Shown here: piece by piece, positions 30,948-40,113 of the stretch | Layout: every line of letters begins with the position of its first letter | Position numbering within the stretch: position 1 is the first letter of the stretch | Source of the DNA: a virus | Taxonomy: Duplodnaviria > Caudoviricetes | DNA length: 63,557 nucleotides | Direction: 5' to 3' (one strand) | IMG/VR virus record: IMGVR_UViG_3300021791_000002 | Location: 1-63,557 of that record | Notes under the pieces: model-generated | What the model saw: the letters and a program-made list of their open reading frames with translations, nothing else | Told to the model about the DNA's origin: nothing | The model's database searches: none | Made by a program: the position numbers and the translations under genes

Positions 30948-31442
30948 TTGTGTATCCGCGCATTATTTATTTTTACGGCAATCCTTGTCGTCAGTTGCGC
31001 TACAGTAGGGAATGCCGTCAGAAATTTAATTGACCCACGGGAGGTGGATTGCCTCGCAAAAAATCTGTATTTTGAGGCTCGACAAGAAAGCACTGCTGGT
31101 AAGATAGCAGTTGGGTTTGTTGTTTTTAATAGGAAATACTCTAAGCTATTTCCTGATACAGTATGTGAGGTTATTTATCAGGGGAGGCACAATGCAAGAG
31201 GAATCCCTTATCTTAATAGGTGTCAGTTTAGTTGGTATTGCGATGGCAGGAGTGACGATCCTCTTAATATTGATTCTTTCAGGGATTTAACAAAACTGAG
31301 CGAGTGGTTATTGTTTACTGAACGGTGGATGCCGGATATCACAGACGGCGCAACATATTATCATGCGTTATATGTTACTCCAAAGTGGAGTTTTGAAAAA
31401 AAACGTGTAATGAGAATAGATAATCACATTTTCTACAAATAA
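30948..31442 (+). CDS. Cell wall hydrolase, SleB-like (Hydrolase_2)
   Basis: CLAKNLYFEAR.E, FPDTVCEVIYQ, CQFSW, GATYYHA, IDNHIFY; N-terminal signal/lipobox-like VVSC. Confidence 0.9.
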   Translation: MCIRALFIFTAILVVSCATVGNAVRNLIDPREVDCLAKNLYFEARQESTAGKIAVGFVVFNRKYSKLFPDTVCEVIYQGRHNARGIPYLNRCQFSWYCDGRSDDPLNIDSFRDLTKLSEWLLFTERWMPDITDGATYYHALYVTPKWSFEKKRVMRIDNHIFYK

Positions 31443-31444
31443 AT

Positions 31445-31684
31445 ATGAGACGGACGCATTTCTTAAACGGTAAGCCTCTTAAAACAGAAGAGGAGATTCT
31501 GGAGCGGAAGAAAGCATACGGCAAGAAATATTGGGAAACATATAAAAGGAAACCGTATACTCCTGAACAAAAGGAGAGGCAACGCTTATATATGAAGAAG
31601 TGGTGGAAGGAGAAGGGGAACGATCTTCGCAGGGAAAGTCGCCGAGCAAGTAAGGAAAATTCACAACTCCCTGAAACTGATTAG
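31445..31684 (+). CDS. Small basic hypothetical protein
   Basis: K/R-rich 79-aa ORF, tightly packed between neighbours. Confidence 0.55.
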   Translation: MRRTHFLNGKPLKTEEEILERKKAYGKKYWETYKRKPYTPEQKERQRLYMKKWWKEKGNDLRRESRRASKENSQLPETD

Positions 31685-31701
31685 TGCAAAAGAATCGTAC
31701 G

Positions 31702-31923
31702 ATGCCTAGAGATTACAAAAAAGAGTACAAGCGAGATCATGCAAGTGCAAAATCTAAGCTTGACCGAGCATCCCGTAACAAGGCGCGGAGAGAAGCTTTG
31801 AGGAAGGGCAGGGTAAAAAAAGGGGGAACTACTGACGTTCACCACAAGGACGGGAACCCCCGCAACAACGCTCCCCGCAACCTTCAGGTGGTCCCTCGTT
31901 CTGCGAATCGCAGGGAAAAATAA
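31702..31923 (+). CDS. Small HNH endonuclease
   Basis: DVHHKDGNPRNNAPRNLQVVPRSANR. Confidence 0.8.
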   Translation: MPRDYKKEYKRDHASAKSKLDRASRNKARREALRKGRVKKGGTTDVHHKDGNPRNNAPRNLQVVPRSANRREK

Positions 31924-31942
31924 AAAAAAATGCATTTAGGGG

Positions 31943-31971
31943 TTGACAAGCCTCAAGAGATGCGATAAGCT
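31943..31971 (+). promoter_or_regulatory. Sigma70-like promoter for the DNA-metabolism operon
   Basis: TTGACA-N17-TAAGCT with an upstream A-tract; followed by a leader hairpin at 31981-32020. Confidence 0.7.
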
Positions 31972-32046
31972 GATTCTACAGTGTCAGCAGACTGCACCTG
32001 ACAAGTGCAGCACTTGGCACTCAATCACTAGACATGGAGTCAAATC

Positions 32047-32250
32047 ATGGGCATGGATGCCCTCTCCCTACATAGCGAGTTGAAGGGGTACTACGGTGCG
32101 CTGGCGCAACTTGCGACTGAAACAGGATACTCCCGGCAACATGCTATCGATGTTGTCAAAGGATACCGGAAGAACTCTTACGTTTTAAGAGAAGCTCAAC
32201 GAATACTGATAGAAAGAAAGGTGAAACATGCCCCCGCAGTACAAGCCTAA
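32047..32250 (+). CDS. Small HTH (Cro-like) regulator
   Basis: LAQLATETGYSRQHAIDVVKG helix-turn-helix pattern; GGAG RBS. Confidence 0.6.
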   Translation: MGMDALSLHSELKGYYGALAQLATETGYSRQHAIDVVKGYRKNSYVLREAQRILIERKVKHAPAVQA

Positions 32251-33085
32251 GAATTACTCTTGGTCACAAGCTAAGAAGTATTTGAATTGCGGAATGCAAT
32301 ATCAATACTCCAAGGTTTTTGGTTTGCCTGAAAAATCAGGAGTTGGTCTTCTCATGGGTATTGCTGCAGATGAAATCGTCATGGGGGAATCTGGATTCTT
32401 CGCAGACCTTATAAACGGGGCATCAAAAAATCCCACAGAATACGAGGATGAATTTTCTGCCTTTGTCCAGCATACAAGGGACCGTCACTGCAAGGACTGG
32501 ACTGTTGAGGAAGAGGAGATATTTGAGAAGGATTATGAGCGAGTTCGTCCTCTTGTTGCCAAGTATTGTGATCCAACTTGTGAAACGCATCGTCATCTGA
32601 AGCCGGTAAAAGTACAGGCAAAATATAACTTCAACTTACATGGATTGAATGCCCCGATTATCGGGTATTCAGACCTGATTGCAGTTAATAAGGAAACGGA
32701 TCAGCGTGTTGTGGTTGATCTCAAATGCGTGAAAACCAAACCGTGGCAACCATCGGCATATAAGCTTCAAACAAGTTTATATGCTCTTGCAGAACAACAG
32801 GATCACAATCTCGATTATCTTCCTAAAGTTGAGATTCATTCTTTTGTGAAAACTAAAAAGCCAGCAATTGATTACCTCCCACTTCAGATTAAAACATCAG
32901 ATATCACAACTGTATATCAGATGCTGCTGAACTTGCAGTTTGGGATAGAGGCGAATTATTTTCCTCTTAACAGACTGTCAAACTTGTGTTCAATGAAGTA
33001 CTGTTCTTTTTATGAGAGGTGTTTCACTGAACATGATCGAAAACTAGAAACTCTAAAGGATTTATATGCCAAAGAAGAACAATGA
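32228..33085 (+). CDS. PD-(D/E)XK exonuclease, RecB/Cas4-like
   Basis: SWSQAKKYLNC, GYSDL...VVDLK, QxxLY, C-terminal CSMKYCSFYERC. Confidence 0.85.
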   Translation: MPPQYKPKNYSWSQAKKYLNCGMQYQYSKVFGLPEKSGVGLLMGIAADEIVMGESGFFADLINGASKNPTEYEDEFSAFVQHTRDRHCKDWTVEEEEIFEKDYERVRPLVAKYCDPTCETHRHLKPVKVQAKYNFNLHGLNAPIIGYSDLIAVNKETDQRVVVDLKCVKTKPWQPSAYKLQTSLYALAEQQDHNLDYLPKVEIHSFVKTKKPAIDYLPLQIKTSDITTVYQMLLNLQFGIEANYFPLNRLSNLCSMKYCSFYERCFTEHDRKLETLKDLYAKEEQ

Positions 33086-33440
33086 TAAAAGGGATTCAGT
33101 CAGTCTCCCTGCAGGGAGAAAAGTGTACGCAACTCTTTTCTTGGTGACCGGAGAAGATGAGCAAGAAGCATTGCGCCAAATTGTATATGGGGTGATGGGG
33201 TTTGGATCAATCTTGGGAGACAAGATTCAATGTGTGCAATTTGATCCTGACAAGGGTGATCCTGAATTAATGCTGCCTGATAACGATATTCTCAAGGGGT
33301 GGCTTGCTGTCGATGTTTATAATCGACAAGTGAATGATTATGAGAAGATTAATGTGGTTGTCCAGAAAGTCGTGGATGAAATCCGTGACGAAATTAAACT
33401 CAAGGAAGGCGAAGAAATGTCAAATCCAACTGTCAACTAA
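33066..33440 (+). CDS. Hypothetical protein
   Basis: Coupled ORF within the operon. Confidence 0.55.
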   Translation: MPKKNNDKRDSVSLPAGRKVYATLFLVTGEDEQEALRQIVYGVMGFGSILGDKIQCVQFDPDKGDPELMLPDNDILKGWLAVDVYNRQVNDYEKINVVVQKVVDEIRDEIKLKEGEEMSNPTVN

Positions 33441-33448
33441 GGAGAAGA

Positions 33449-34207
33449 ATGAATACTGAAGTTGTTAAAAGCGGAGGGGCGCGGACAAAAAATCCCGCCC
33501 TAAAAATAGGAGTACATGGACGAGAGAAAGTCGGGAAAACGACTTTCGCGGCAACATTCCCTAGCCCTCTGTTAGGTGATTTGGAGAATGGCGCGAGATT
33601 CCTTACACAAGGAATAGATGTGATCCCGTGGTGGGATAAACCCTTTGCGAAAGTGATGTCAGACCTTGACAGTATTTGCTCTGATGAGCATACATATCAA
33701 ACCTTCGTTTTAGATTCTGCCGATTGGCTGGAATCAAAGATAGAAGAAGATGTGTGTAAAAGCAACGGGGTCACCACAATCAACGAAATTCAGTGGGGGA
33801 AGGGGCGTGGTTACGCACAAGCACGTTGGATGAAACTACTGGAGAAATTGGATTACCTTGTCAGTATAAAAGGAATGTCCGTGGTATTGATTTGTCACAG
33901 TGCAATCAAACGTATAGAAGACCCGATTTACCCAACTTATGATAGTTGGTCGTTCAAGCTGAATGATAAATCAACCGCACTAATCAGTGAGTGGCTTGAT
34001 GTCATCGGCTACCTGCACTTTAAAACTGACGTGCAGGAAACTCAAGAAGGATGGAAGAAGCAGGTCCGGGCATTGGGTTCGGATCAGCGAGTATTGTCGT
34101 TAACTCACAAGCCAGCTTATCTTGCTGGGAATCGCTTGGGATTGCCGGAAGAGATTGATGCCTCCTATGAGGAGTTTGTTTCATCTATTGATTCCAGCAT
34201 TAAATAA
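33449..34207 (+). CDS. AAA_24/Sak4-like ATPase (recombination)
   Basis: Walker A GREKVGKT, VLDSADWLE, LICHS, AGNR. Confidence 0.85.
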   Translation: MNTEVVKSGGARTKNPALKIGVHGREKVGKTTFAATFPSPLLGDLENGARFLTQGIDVIPWWDKPFAKVMSDLDSICSDEHTYQTFVLDSADWLESKIEEDVCKSNGVTTINEIQWGKGRGYAQARWMKLLEKLDYLVSIKGMSVVLICHSAIKRIEDPIYPTYDSWSFKLNDKSTALISEWLDVIGYLHFKTDVQETQEGWKKQVRALGSDQRVLSLTHKPAYLAGNRLGLPEEIDASYEEFVSSIDSSIK

Positions 34208-34225
34208 ATTGTTTAACACGTTCCC

Positions 34226-34484
34226 GTTGGGGGATTGCTTTGAGTACCGCAAGACCTCCTACTCTTTGTTTCGGGTTTTCCTAGCAATCCGCCTTAGAGA
34301 GGATTCAGGTCAACAGATAAGCCAGATGGGATATTTGCAAAGTAGGTTTCCCCCTATCTCATTGTCACAGGTGAGTGTAGGTTTTTACTTCTTTGTTTTT
34401 ATTTCGGGGTGCTGGCGAATGTCGGTTGCTTGGTGAAACATTGCTTGACACCAAAGTTTCATTCAAGTGTAAGAATCCCCCAAC
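34226..34484 (+). ncRNA. Candidate structured cis-regulatory RNA upstream of the SSB gene
   Basis: GTTGGGGGATT (34226) and AATCCCCCAAC (34474) form a perfect closing stem; internal hairpins. Confidence 0.4.
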
Positions 34485-34511
34485 TCAATCTTTTTAGACA
34501 TGAAAGGAAAA

Positions 34512-35117
34512 ATGTCTGATTTTAAATTTAGAAGTTCAGAGGTCGATGAACTGCCCACATGGGCAGCATTGCCAGACGGGAAGCATCTGGTTGAAATTGT
34601 GTCCTGCGAATTGAAGGACACCGCGAAAGGGGGGAAGCGTCTTGTTGTCGGAATGAGAGCATTAGAAGGCGATTTGGACGGAGTTCAGACGATGGTAGGA
34701 CTCAATGTCATTTGCCCGTCAAGTGCGAAAGCAGAAGCGATTTCTCGTTCTCAACTCAAGACACTTAGTGTTGCAGTCGGGAAACCCGATTGGGATGACT
34801 GCAGTGTTTTAGTCGGGAACAAGTGTATTGCACACTTGCGGCTCAAACCTGCCCGGCATGATGCGTATACTGGAGATGATTATCCGGCTAGCAATGAAGT
34901 TCGCCGATGGTATCCGCAAGGGATTGAACTGTCGGAATCCGCAATGCGACATGTTCCGCCTCCGAAAACGGAGTTTCTCACGACTCAACAACGTAGCGGT
35001 CTACAGAACGCACAACCTTCTGTGTCCGCACAACAGGTGCCGAGAGATCGCGTTCCTGAAATCGAGGTTGGGGGGCAAAATGTTCCTGACACTTTGCCTT
35101 GGAATACAGAAGCATGA
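34512..35117 (+). CDS. Single-stranded DNA-binding protein, DUF669-like
   Basis: LPDGKH.VEI...KDTAKGG, NEV motif, low-complexity tail ending LPW; follows the Sak4-like gene. Confidence 0.75.
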   Translation: MSDFKFRSSEVDELPTWAALPDGKHLVEIVSCELKDTAKGGKRLVVGMRALEGDLDGVQTMVGLNVICPSSAKAEAISRSQLKTLSVAVGKPDWDDCSVLVGNKCIAHLRLKPARHDAYTGDDYPASNEVRRWYPQGIELSESAMRHVPPPKTEFLTTQQRSGLQNAQPSVSAQQVPRDRVPEIEVGGQNVPDTLPWNTEA

Positions 35118-35123
35118 TCAAAC

Positions 35124-35154
35124 CACTGCAACTGCTGTTGTGGTAGTTGCAGTG
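35124..35154. other. 12-bp stem-loop after the SSB gene (terminator or processing site)
   Basis: CACTGCAACTGC-TGTTGTG-GTAGTTGCAGTG; no clear U-tract. Confidence 0.45.
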
Positions 35155-35184
35155 ACTGCATAACAAAATATCTAGGAATCAGAT

Positions 35185-35706
35185 ATGAAACTTGAAACTC
35201 AAGCAGACGTATTGAGAGAAGCAAGAGCAAAATTGCTTCTTTCCAAACTGTCAGGGCTAGATATCAGGAAACGAGAACAGGATTATGCGAGAATCGATTG
35301 GATTGTATCAGTGTCAAGACATAATGACAATCAGTACACCTACGACATGTGTCCGATAGCATGGGCTGAATTCAAGGGATACAATAAAAGTATTGCTCAT
35401 GCCGAAAAACATGGTTTTATTCTTTCCTTCAAGAAGTGGGTTTCACTAAAAAATGCTGCGTACGCTTCAGACCTGCCGTTTTGGTTGGTGTATGGCATTG
35501 ACCCCCCGGGAGGAGAGGGTTCACTTTATGTTGGAAAATTCTTGGCGCAAACTATTGCCGACAAATTGCATATCGGCGGGAGAACAGATCGAGGTTTGGA
35601 TTCTGATCAGGATTTGATTGTCACGAATAATTTTGATAGATTCCTGCCTGTCAATACTCCGGAAGAGTGGGAACTCGCGAAACCCAAACTAACAAGTTCA
35701 CTATGA
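35185..35706 (+). CDS. PD-(D/E)XK-like hypothetical nuclease
   Basis: IDW...WAEFK, SFKKW and GGRTDRG..DQD pattern seen in small phage proteins. Confidence 0.5.
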   Translation: MKLETQADVLREARAKLLLSKLSGLDIRKREQDYARIDWIVSVSRHNDNQYTYDMCPIAWAEFKGYNKSIAHAEKHGFILSFKKWVSLKNAAYASDLPFWLVYGIDPPGGEGSLYVGKFLAQTIADKLHIGGRTDRGLDSDQDLIVTNNFDRFLPVNTPEEWELAKPKLTSSL

Positions 35707-36248
35707 ATGAATATATTGCATTTCCTCCTGCTGGCACGTCACCTTGTGCATGGGGGATTGATCCCGGGATTACAGGAGCAATTGCTAGAGTCTTCTTTAA
35801 TGACAAGGGGAAACCTTGTGTTCGTGTTTGGGATATGCCCACAGTCCTAGTAGGGAAGAAGAAAGTCATCAGTCCTTACTTGTGTGCTGAAATACTTGAC
35901 ATGAAGGAGTGGTCCCCGTTTCAGTTGATTAGAGGATCATCTGTATTGATCGAACAAGTTGGTGCAATGCCGGGTCAGGGAGTAACAAGCATGTTTCGAT
36001 TCGGGGAAGCCTACGGAATTATTAAGGGTGTGCTGGGGGGATTAAGATTACCTGTTGAATTAGTTACTCCATCAGTTTGGAAACGGGAAATGAAAGTCCA
36101 GAAAGGGAAAGAATCATCCCGGCTACGAGCCTTGGAGTTGTTTCCTGAACAAACCGATTTGTTCAAATTAAAGAAGCACCACGGACGTGCAGATGCTGCA
36201 CTTATTGCTTTGTACAACTGTTTAGAAAAATATCCAAAGGAGGTATGA
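35703..36248 (+). CDS. RuvC-like Holliday junction resolvase
   Basis: GIDPGITGA, IEQVGAMPGQGVTSMFRFG, P..WK, GRADAALIA. Confidence 0.9.
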   Translation: MNEYIAFPPAGTSPCAWGIDPGITGAIARVFFNDKGKPCVRVWDMPTVLVGKKKVISPYLCAEILDMKEWSPFQLIRGSSVLIEQVGAMPGQGVTSMFRFGEAYGIIKGVLGGLRLPVELVTPSVWKREMKVQKGKESSRLRALELFPEQTDLFKLKKHHGRADAALIALYNCLEKYPKEV

Positions 36249-36251
36249 ATT

Positions 36252-36467
36252 ATGAAAAGATTTGACAAATACTTTGACTCAACTGGAGCAAAGAGAGATA
36301 AAGTTAAACCCCCAACACAAACCGAGGTTGAGGACGCTATTAAAATCTTTTTAAAGAAAGGAGGGAAGATTGAATGCTTAGAAAATCAAAAAGACCAACA
36401 TGAACCCCCGGAAGAACACTTCACAGAAATCAAGTCTGCTATTGAAGATCGTTCCAGAATAAACTAA
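36252..36467 (+). CDS. Small protein with SutA-like RNAP-binding motif
   Basis: VEDAIKIFLKKGGKIECL resembles the FLxxGGKI motif. Confidence 0.5.
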   Translation: MKRFDKYFDSTGAKRDKVKPPTQTEVEDAIKIFLKKGGKIECLENQKDQHEPPEEHFTEIKSAIEDRSRIN

Positions 36468-36481
36468 GTCATTCTGGGACA

Positions 36482-36569
36482 CAGTTCCAACTCAGTTCCA
36501 ACTCAGTTCCAACTCAGTTCCGACTCAGTTCCGACTCAGTTCCGACTCACTTCCAACTCACTTTCAACA
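36482..36569 (+). repeat. Tandem 11-bp repeat (CAGTTCCRACT), 8 units
   Basis: 3x CAGTTCCAACT, 3x CAGTTCCGACT and two degenerate units, ending 11 nt before the primase ATG. Confidence 0.9.
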
Positions 36570-36580
36570 AACGAAAAAAA

Positions 36581-38878
36581 ATGTACTCTGAAAACCTTAG
36601 ACGTAGTATCCAGCAGTTGTATTCTGCAGGATTGCATCCTATCCCTCTGCATCCCAAGAGCAAAAGGCCCAAAGGAAATGCTTGGCAGACTCAAGAACGA
36701 AGATATTCAGGAGAAGAACAGACAAGCCTGTTTAGCCCACAGGATAATGTTGGAGTCATCTGTGGAGATAAGGTGATCCTGACTACATCACTCGATTCTG
36801 TAAATAAACAATCTGTCCCTCTTTATCACATGTGTGCTGATCTTGATAAAGTATCTCCTCTTGTAAAGTCTCTGGATAGATTGAACTGTTGGGTCGTCAA
36901 AACAGGTCGTCAAAACGGACAAGGGAGACATTATCATTTCCTTTGTGATGTTCCCACAAAAAGCAGGGATATTTTCTGCGATGAGGAACATGTTGGAGAA
37001 TTGAAGGCATCAGGACAGGTTGTATCTCCTCCGTCAATACATGCAGTTTCTGGGTTGCCGTATCAAACACTCTCCGGGAGTCCGGGAGAACTTCCTGTAA
37101 TTGATGAGTCAAAACTATTGGAGTTGTTCCCGGTAAAGAAGGTTGCATCGTACGAATCAGTTCCTTGGCAACCTTTATCTGTACCAGAACAAAAGGAATC
37201 GGCGATTCAAAAAATCCTTGTATATTGCCAGCGCACTCTTGCATCTGCACAGTATGGTGAGCGTCACAATGCTATAAGAGGGAAAGCATTCTTCTTGGGA
37301 GGGTTCGTGGGTGCTGGTGATCTTACCCGTGAGGTTGCTGTTCAAAACCTCCGTATGTGGACGCAAGCACTTTTTGGGGATGAAGCACCACAAGAATATA
37401 AAACAATCGAGGATGGACTTAATGCGGGGGCAAAGGAACCTATTAAATTATCAGAACTCAAAACCAAACTCCCGGAAATGTCCCCTGATGAATGGGAGCA
37501 TTTTAGAGGTGCGCTTGGAATTGAACCCGCAATCACGGTGGAACCTGATCAGGAAAAACAACGAGACGAAATTCCTGATTACCTCGTACGATGCATGGGA
37601 GCAGTTGGAGAACTTGCGGATTATATGTCGTCAACTGCAATTCGCCCCCAACCCTACCTTGCTGTTGGAGCAGCATTGTCACTATATGGTGCCCTGCTAG
37701 GGAAACGGGTGAGGACCGTGCAGGATACACGCACTAATTTGATGATGGTCGGAATCTCTGGAACTGCATCAGGGAAAGAACACGTTCGTCTCGTTATCAG
37801 GAAGCTTCTCTATAAAGCAAACCTTTCTCACCACAACCCCGGGGATGAAGTGACCTCTGACTCTGCAATAGAACGAGTCATGCAGTCAACATCTCTTGCA
37901 GACTCCCGTGCGTTGTTTTTATTCGATGAGTGGGGAGATATGTGTTCCGGGATTCTTGCAGGAGATGTGAGAAATCGTTGGTCTGGAGGGATTATGCGTT
38001 GCCTGATGAAATTCTACTCGCAAGCTAACGGAGTCTACCTTCCTAAAGAATACGCGAAAGCAGAAGATGCGAAAGACCGCTCACTTCCGATTGAACAACC
38101 TACACTCTGCATTTATGGAACTACAACACCTGATGCCTACTTTGAGTGTATGAAATCAATGCATGTTGTGAACGGATTCCTTAATCGATTCGTACACCTC
38201 GTTGCACCAAAAGAAAGACCCCCTGCACAATCAGGAGTGATTGTTGATCCACCGCAAAACCTGATCGATAATGTTCAACGTGTTGCAAACTTGCCGCATA
38301 ACCTCGCGTCAGGATCAGGACAGATAAATCCTGACCTGATCTCTCCTAGAGTGATTCCCTTTGCATCATCATCAAACCTGATCATACAAGAGTTTGAAGA
38401 CTCATGTGATGATCATGTTGACTCCGGTGACCCCTTTGCTCCTATGTGGGGTAGAGCAGGGCAATATGCAAAACAAATTGCGCTTGTGCTGGCTGGATGC
38501 GAAGAGTCCGCAGAAATCGAATCAAAACATATCCTGTATGGAATCGAATTCATAGACTTCGCAGTGAAACGTACGATTCATTGTATTAAGGATATCCTCG
38601 CAGATAATGAAACTGAACATAAAAAGAAAAAATTGTTGAGGTTCCTCATAGAGGCAAAAGAACAAGGATTGCCGAAATCCTTGTTGATCCGGAAATCGCA
38701 GTTTCTCATGAAACGAGAACGAGATGATATCCTGTCAGACCTTGTTGACGGAGGGAATATAGTTTTTCAAATTATGAGGATGAGAGAACATGGACCGGAA
38801 GTGTCTGTCTACTATGCCGCAGAGTTTGCCCCTGAAGTGCCACCACGTTATTGCAGGAGAGATGGACTGAAGAAATGA
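36581..38878 (+). CDS. Bifunctional primase-polymerase fused to a DUF3987-like helicase
   Basis: PIPL...KRP...W, NVGVICG, DLD, T...GRHYHF, VVSPPSIH; GERHN PriCT-like; Walker A GISGTASGKE, FDE, GFLNRF. Confidence 0.85.
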   Translation: MYSENLRRSIQQLYSAGLHPIPLHPKSKRPKGNAWQTQERRYSGEEQTSLFSPQDNVGVICGDKVILTTSLDSVNKQSVPLYHMCADLDKVSPLVKSLDRLNCWVVKTGRQNGQGRHYHFLCDVPTKSRDIFCDEEHVGELKASGQVVSPPSIHAVSGLPYQTLSGSPGELPVIDESKLLELFPVKKVASYESVPWQPLSVPEQKESAIQKILVYCQRTLASAQYGERHNAIRGKAFFLGGFVGAGDLTREVAVQNLRMWTQALFGDEAPQEYKTIEDGLNAGAKEPIKLSELKTKLPEMSPDEWEHFRGALGIEPAITVEPDQEKQRDEIPDYLVRCMGAVGELADYMSSTAIRPQPYLAVGAALSLYGALLGKRVRTVQDTRTNLMMVGISGTASGKEHVRLVIRKLLYKANLSHHNPGDEVTSDSAIERVMQSTSLADSRALFLFDEWGDMCSGILAGDVRNRWSGGIMRCLMKFYSQANGVYLPKEYAKAEDAKDRSLPIEQPTLCIYGTTTPDAYFECMKSMHVVNGFLNRFVHLVAPKERPPAQSGVIVDPPQNLIDNVQRVANLPHNLASGSGQINPDLISPRVIPFASSSNLIIQEFEDSCDDHVDSGDPFAPMWGRAGQYAKQIALVLAGCEESAEIESKHILYGIEFIDFAVKRTIHCIKDILADNETEHKKKKLLRFLIEAKEQGLPKSLLIRKSQFLMKRERDDILSDLVDGGNIVFQIMRMREHGPEVSVYYAAEFAPEVPPRYCRRDGLKK

Positions 38879-38888
38879 TTACAATGCT

Positions 38889-39138
38889 ACTCTTCATCAA
38901 CTCTTCAAGGCCCAAATTTGAAGAGTTGATGATGCTCTAGCCCTTGCAAATACTACAAAAAGTACTAACTCTTCAAGAATTCACAGGGGTACCTATATAT
39001 AAGGGGAAATATAGAAGATATATATATATGTGTGTGTGTGTGTGTATTATGATGAATAGTTTATATACTCCTAGTGTTTGCAAGGGCTAGACCCCCCTGT
39101 ACTCTTCAAAAGTGACCCTTGAAGAGTCTTGAAGAGTT
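38889..39138. other. Putative replication origin
   Basis: Seven ACTCTTCA copies in both orientations, 14-bp and about 20-bp inverted repeats, and a central AT-rich (TA)n(TG)n tract directly after the primase gene. Confidence 0.6.
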
Positions 39139-39173
39139 AACCTGAAAAACCTGTTAGCACTCGTTGATGGTGA

Positions 39174-39380
39174 GTGCTGGCAAAACCAAAGGCGCATGTG
39201 AAATTGAAGCAACGAATCGAAGGAACCCTGCTCACTCCTGTAAAGTTCGCAGGGGTCGACTCAAGAAGAAACGGAATGTTTCTCTTCTTATGTGAATGTG
39301 GAAACTCAAAAATTATTAGAGCATATGACGTGAAACGAAAACACTCACGGTCCTGTGGATGCCTTAAATCACAACCCTAA
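39174..39380 (+). CDS. Short Cys-rich protein resembling the N-terminus of HNH/AP2-type endonucleases (possible remnant)
   Basis: LCECGN...SRSCGCL; no nuclease domain follows. Confidence 0.5.
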   Translation: MLAKPKAHVKLKQRIEGTLLTPVKFAGVDSRRNGMFLFLCECGNSKIIRAYDVKRKHSRSCGCLKSQP

Positions 39381-40069
39381 TGAAAGTTAGGTAACTGTCT
39401 CGAAATAAATAACTCCCGAAGTAACCTCTGGGCTATTGCACTCGATCCCTTGCTCGATGGCTCAATCGTGTTCGCGTATAAACTAACGTCATTACGAAAT
39501 AAATGATTCAATGGGAATAAACCAAAATTCCTCCGGTATGCATGATAGTGAATCTTTGCATTCCACAGGTCTACTGATGCATTACACGCCCTTTCCAAAA
39601 TCGGAGTGTGTGGAGGTAATGATCGGAATACCTCCGCTCCCCAACTCGGATAGTATATGTCAAATAAAATAACCCTGACAGAGGGACCAACCTTGTTGCG
39701 GATTAAATCTAACATCTTACTGTACTCGATCGAAAACTCCTCCCGTAACTCGTCAAACTTGGCAAGTGTTTCATGCATTAACTGATCCCCCGTGGGAAAA
39801 TCAAACCAACCTAAATTCCTTAGCAAATCATTCCCGCCTATGCAAATTGCAATATGCGTGGTGTCTTCAGGAATCCACTTCACCTGATCATTAATTACAT
39901 CTCTGATAACTGAACCGTCTTCTGCTAAACTCACAACCTCCGCGCTTATTGCACGAAATGCACTGTGAATGTGTTGTGCAGTGTCTCTCTCTCCTGACTT
40001 AATGTATGACTTGTTGTCTATAACAGAGTCACCTAGAAGAGTTAAGTGTAAAGGGTTTTTTGTACTCAT
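39377..40069 (-). CDS. SGNH/GDSL hydrolase
   Basis: LLGDSVIDN, GGNDL, NTIEPSSKG. Confidence 0.85.
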   Translation of the reverse strand: MSTKNPLHLTLLGDSVIDNKSYIKSGERDTAQHIHSAFRAISAEVVSLAEDGSVIRDVINDQVKWIPEDTTHIAICIGGNDLLRNLGWFDFPTGDQLMHETLAKFDELREEFSIEYSKMLDLIRNKVGPSVRVILFDIYYPSWGAEVFRSLPPHTPILERACNASVDLWNAKIHYHAYRRNFGLFPLNHLFRNDVSLYANTIEPSSKGSSAIAQRLLRELFISRQLPNFH

Positions 40070-40113
40070 TTATTTTTCTCCTGATTGTTAAATGTTAGAA
40101 ACGGTAAGAATAA

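Noticed and set aside
16349-31093. Many short antisense or out-of-frame ORFs inside the giant gene and other long genes
   Set aside because: Nested in well-supported CDSs, with no motifs or RBS
32228-33085. CRISPR-associated cas4
   Set aside because: Stand-alone phage exonuclease in a Sak4/SSB recombination module
34122-34436. 104-aa ORF spanning the ATPase-SSB gap
   Set aside because: Overlaps the ATPase gene, non-ATG start, atypical composition; an RNA structure explains the region better
36482-36569. CRISPR array
   Set aside because: Contiguous 11-bp units with no spacers; no cas operon
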